Positions 34,424-37,272 of a stretch of 37,272 bases of DNA are shown here, one piece after another. The position numbers were made by a program, and so were the translations under genes. The notes beneath the pieces are model-generated. The model was given only the letters and a program-made list of their open reading frames with translations, searched no databases and was not told where the DNA came from. Every line of letters begins with the position of its first letter. Position 1 is the first letter of the stretch. The DNA lies in NCBI GenBank assembly GCA_030615565.1, contig JAUWZC010000001.1, positions 1 to 37,272 on the forward strand, given 5' to 3'. The stretch comes from Desulfobacteraceae bacterium (GTDB lineage Bacteria; Desulfobacterota; DSM-4660; Desulfatiglandales; B25-G16).

Positions 34424-36004
34424 ATGACAACCAGTAAATGGATGCATGCAGGAACCGTTGTCAAGATGAACGCCATCAATTATCCAGATAAATTAGGGTG
34501 GCAAGATAAAAATAATGAATATAACTTTAAGGAATGGAACGAGAGGGCCTGTAGGGTTGCTAATGGACTGTCAGGCTTAGGTATTGGTTTTCAGGAGAGA
34601 TTTGCCGTATTAGCATTTAACCGTGGTGAGTGGATGGACATATATGCCGGATGTGCTAAGGGGGGGCAAATCATAGTTCCATTAATGTTTCGCCTGGCGC
34701 CACCGGATGTTGAGTACATTGTCAATCACTCAGAATGTAAGGCCTTTATTGTTGAGAAGCCTTTCGTAGAGATGATAGATAGCATAAAAGATAAACTCCC
34801 CGTTCCTAAGGATGCCTATATCTATTTGGGAGAAGATCCTGTTCCAGATGGCTACATTAGCTATGAAGATTGGCTAAAACAGTCATCACCGGAAGAACCT
34901 GATATAATTGTAGATGGAGATGACACCTGGACCTTTATGTATACATCAGGAACAACAGGAAGACCCAAAGGTGTAATAAAAACGCATGAGAGCTATCATG
35001 CCCAATATCTACTGAATAATATAAACCAGGGTGTCAGGCCTACTGATAAGGTGATGCTGGTGATGCCAATGTGTCATGTGAATTCCATATTTTATTCCTT
35101 CCCCTATACCATGCTGAGTGCTCCAGTGTTTGTTTATAATATGGTTAGCTTTGACCCTGAGGACCTACTTAAAACAATTGAGAAATACAAGATCACCTTT
35201 ACCTCCCTGGTACCCACACATTATATCATGATGCTCGGTCTCCCGGATGAGGTTAAAAACAATATAGATGTATCTTCCATGCGGCAGTTATTAATATCCT
35301 CTGCTCCAGCCAGAAAAGATCTCAAGCTAGCGATCATGGATTACTTTAAAAATGCAGAGCTTTGGGAGGCATATGGCACAACAGAGGGCGGTCTGGTAAC
35401 CCTCTTAAGGCCAGAATATCAGTTCGAAAAACTTGGCTCTATTGGCAAGGAAATCTATGGCACAGACAGAATTAAGCTACTTGATGATAACAGAAATCCT
35501 GTACCAGATGGTGATGTAGGTGAGGTTTTTTACAGAACTCCCATGATCTTTAAAGAGTACTGGAAAGAGCCGGAGAAGACCAAAGAGGCATTTGAAGGGG
35601 AATGGTCTTCAGCTGGAGATATGGCCAAAAGGGATAAAGATGGATTCTATATCCTGGTAGACAGAAAGGCAAACATGATCATAACTGGTGGGGAAAATGT
35701 ATTTCCATCTGAGGTAGAAGGTGCAGTGGGAGCCCATCCTTCTGTTAAGGATATCGCAGTAATAGGCGTTCCTGATGAAAAATGGGGCGAGGCAATAAAG
35801 GCAATTGTTATTTTGCATGATAATTATGAGCCAAGTGATGAGCTTGCAAAGGAGATAATGGATTTTACCAAGGGTAAGATTGCAGGTTTCAAAAGACCAA
35901 AAACTGTTGATTTCATTAAGGAAGAAGAGATGCCAAGGACAGGAACTGGTAAGATTTTACACAGGATCCTGAGGGAGAAATATGGCAAGTGGAGTGATGC
36001 CTAA
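34424..36004 (+). CDS. AMP-dependent acyl-CoA synthetase/ligase
   Basis: 526-aa ORF with an AAGGAGG RBS. It has the AMP-binding motif MYTSGTTGRPKGV, plus YGTTEG, SAGDMAKRDKDGFYILVDRKANMIITGGENV and GKILHR. Confidence 0.88.
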   Translation: MTTSKWMHAGTVVKMNAINYPDKLGWQDKNNEYNFKEWNERACRVANGLSGLGIGFQERFAVLAFNRGEWMDIYAGCAKGGQIIVPLMFRLAPPDVEYIVNHSECKAFIVEKPFVEMIDSIKDKLPVPKDAYIYLGEDPVPDGYISYEDWLKQSSPEEPDIIVDGDDTWTFMYTSGTTGRPKGVIKTHESYHAQYLLNNINQGVRPTDKVMLVMPMCHVNSIFYSFPYTMLSAPVFVYNMVSFDPEDLLKTIEKYKITFTSLVPTHYIMMLGLPDEVKNNIDVSSMRQLLISSAPARKDLKLAIMDYFKNAELWEAYGTTEGGLVTLLRPEYQFEKLGSIGKEIYGTDRIKLLDDNRNPVPDGDVGEVFYRTPMIFKEYWKEPEKTKEAFEGEWSSAGDMAKRDKDGFYILVDRKANMIITGGENVFPSEVEGAVGAHPSVKDIAVIGVPDEKWGEAIKAIVILHDNYEPSDELAKEIMDFTKGKIAGFKRPKTVDFIKEEEMPRTGTGKILHRILREKYGKWSDA

Positions 36005-36060
36005 AAACATAGTAGTAAGTAGGCAGTAAACACAACAAACCCAATTGGAGGAAAAAGAAC

Positions 36061-37257
36061 ATGTTGACAAAAGCATTTATACCTTACAAGGGCTACTATT
36101 CAACCCCATTTTGCCGCTGGCAGGGGACTATGGCTAACGAAAATTCTATCAAATTAGGAGCAACAACAGCCAACAGGTGGCTCACAAAAAATAATTTTGA
36201 CCCTACCATACTCGACTATATGTATTTTGGGATAACCATAGCACAGCACCACCTCTTTTATAGCCATACCTGGGCAGCAGCCATGGTAGTGAATGGCGCC
36301 AAGGATTTGCCGGCTCTCATGGTTAATCAGGCATGCACAACCTCAACAACCTGTATCCATCTTGCTGCCGTAAATATAGAACTCGGAACTTATGAGACAG
36401 GATTTGCCCTTATGACAGATCGCACATCCAATGGCCCCCACACTATCTGGCCACAGCCTCTTGGTCCAGGCGCAGAGGTGGAGTCAGAAAACTGGATGAT
36501 GGACAATTTTAATAGTGATCCATGGGCAAAGCAAAAAATGATCCAGACAGGTGAAAATGTAGCCAGAGACCTAGGGACCACAAGGGAAGAGTGTGATGCT
36601 GTCACCTTACGGAGATATGAACAATACCAGGATGCCCTGGCCAATGATAGGGCCTTTCAGAAAAGGTACATGTTTCCTCCAGAGGTCAGAGTCTCCAGAA
36701 AGAAGACTGTTTTAGTGGAAGAAGATGAGGGCATTACACCAACTTCAGCCGAAGGTTTGGCCAAACTCAAACCAGTTGAACCAGGAGGTGTCCATACCTT
36801 TGGGGCACAGACATTTCCTGCAGATGGAAACTGCGGTGTTATAGTGACCACTCGGGATAAGGCCAAAGAGCTAAGTGCAGATCCAAATGTTGAGATCCAG
36901 ATTGTCTCATACGGTTTCTCAAGGGCCAAAAAGGGGTATATGGCTCAGGCCCCTGTTCCTGCCGCAGAGATGGCACTTAAAGATGCAGGGATAAAAGTAG
37001 GGGATCTCAAGGCTGCCAAGACCCATCAACCCTTTGCCATAAATGACATCTATATGGCTGCCAAGATGGGCATGGATGTTAATTGGATGAACAATTATGG
37101 TAATTCTATGATATATGGGCACCCTCAAGCTCCTACTGCTGGAAGGATAATTATTGAGTTATTGGAAGAGGTCGTTATGCTGGGCGGTGGGTATGGTCTC
37201 TGGACCGGTTGCGCCGCAGGTGATACAGGAGCAGCCCTAGTATTTAAAATAGGCTAG
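36061..37257 (+). CDS. Thiolase-family acetyl-CoA C-acyltransferase (divergent)
   Basis: 398-aa ORF with a GGAGG RBS. The nucleophile region is VNQACTTS, with GHPQAPTAG and a C-terminal TGCAAGDTGAALVF in place of the usual CxGGGxG. Confidence 0.8.
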   Translation: MLTKAFIPYKGYYSTPFCRWQGTMANENSIKLGATTANRWLTKNNFDPTILDYMYFGITIAQHHLFYSHTWAAAMVVNGAKDLPALMVNQACTTSTTCIHLAAVNIELGTYETGFALMTDRTSNGPHTIWPQPLGPGAEVESENWMMDNFNSDPWAKQKMIQTGENVARDLGTTREECDAVTLRRYEQYQDALANDRAFQKRYMFPPEVRVSRKKTVLVEEDEGITPTSAEGLAKLKPVEPGGVHTFGAQTFPADGNCGVIVTTRDKAKELSADPNVEIQIVSYGFSRAKKGYMAQAPVPAAEMALKDAGIKVGDLKAAKTHQPFAINDIYMAAKMGMDVNWMNNYGNSMIYGHPQAPTAGRIIIELLEEVVMLGGGYGLWTGCAAGDTGAALVFKIG

Positions 37258-37272
37258 TCAAAGTTATAAGTG

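Noticed and set aside
34236-34430. 64-aa minus-strand ORF (..FKVQGSKF..)
   Set aside because: It is a translation of the GGTTCA-type palindromic repeat element, and it overlaps the acyl-CoA synthetase start.

Overview
This is a low-GC (roughly 40% by eye) bacterial chromosomal window, probably from an anaerobic Desulfobacterota-like lineage, though that guess is weak. All calls come from reading the ORF translations and the nucleotides; no database search was run.

Positions 1-14.6 kb are housekeeping: two tRNA-Ser genes in a decayed tandem-repeat array, then dnaX, lysA-dapB-dapL (aminotransferase branch of lysine synthesis), folK, transaldolase, a lytic transglycosylase, pgsA, tRNA-Gly and tRNA-Cys, an M23 peptidase, secA, argJ and a sugar-nucleotide epimerase.

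Positions 15.5-29.0 kb form the unusual part, a signalling-dense island:
- PP2C phosphatase plus an FHA-GAF-class III nucleotide cyclase.
- A multi-TM PAS-PAS protein with no output domain.
- A stripped-down type IV filament operon. It has a GspE/PilB-type ATPase with an MshEN c-di-GMP-binding motif and an extra C-terminal double zinc ribbon, a zinc-finger/TM/GspG-like chimera, and one prepilin. No platform, prepilin peptidase, secretin or alignment genes are present.
- A divergent CHASE2 Ser/Thr kinase, PP2C, double-FHA and LysM/FecR operon.
- Two small proteins.

An ~80-nt module encoding a nearly identical coiled-coil C-terminal tail sits in inverted orientation at both ends of the 17963-28964 block.

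Positions 29-37 kb hold ndk and an ETF-QO / FAD-FeS dehydrogenase / acyl-CoA synthetase / thiolase set.

Intergenic oddities are a dispersed (T/A)GTCATT heptamer repeat family and two G+C-rich elements bounded by inverted repeats (5629-5912 and 34186-34324).
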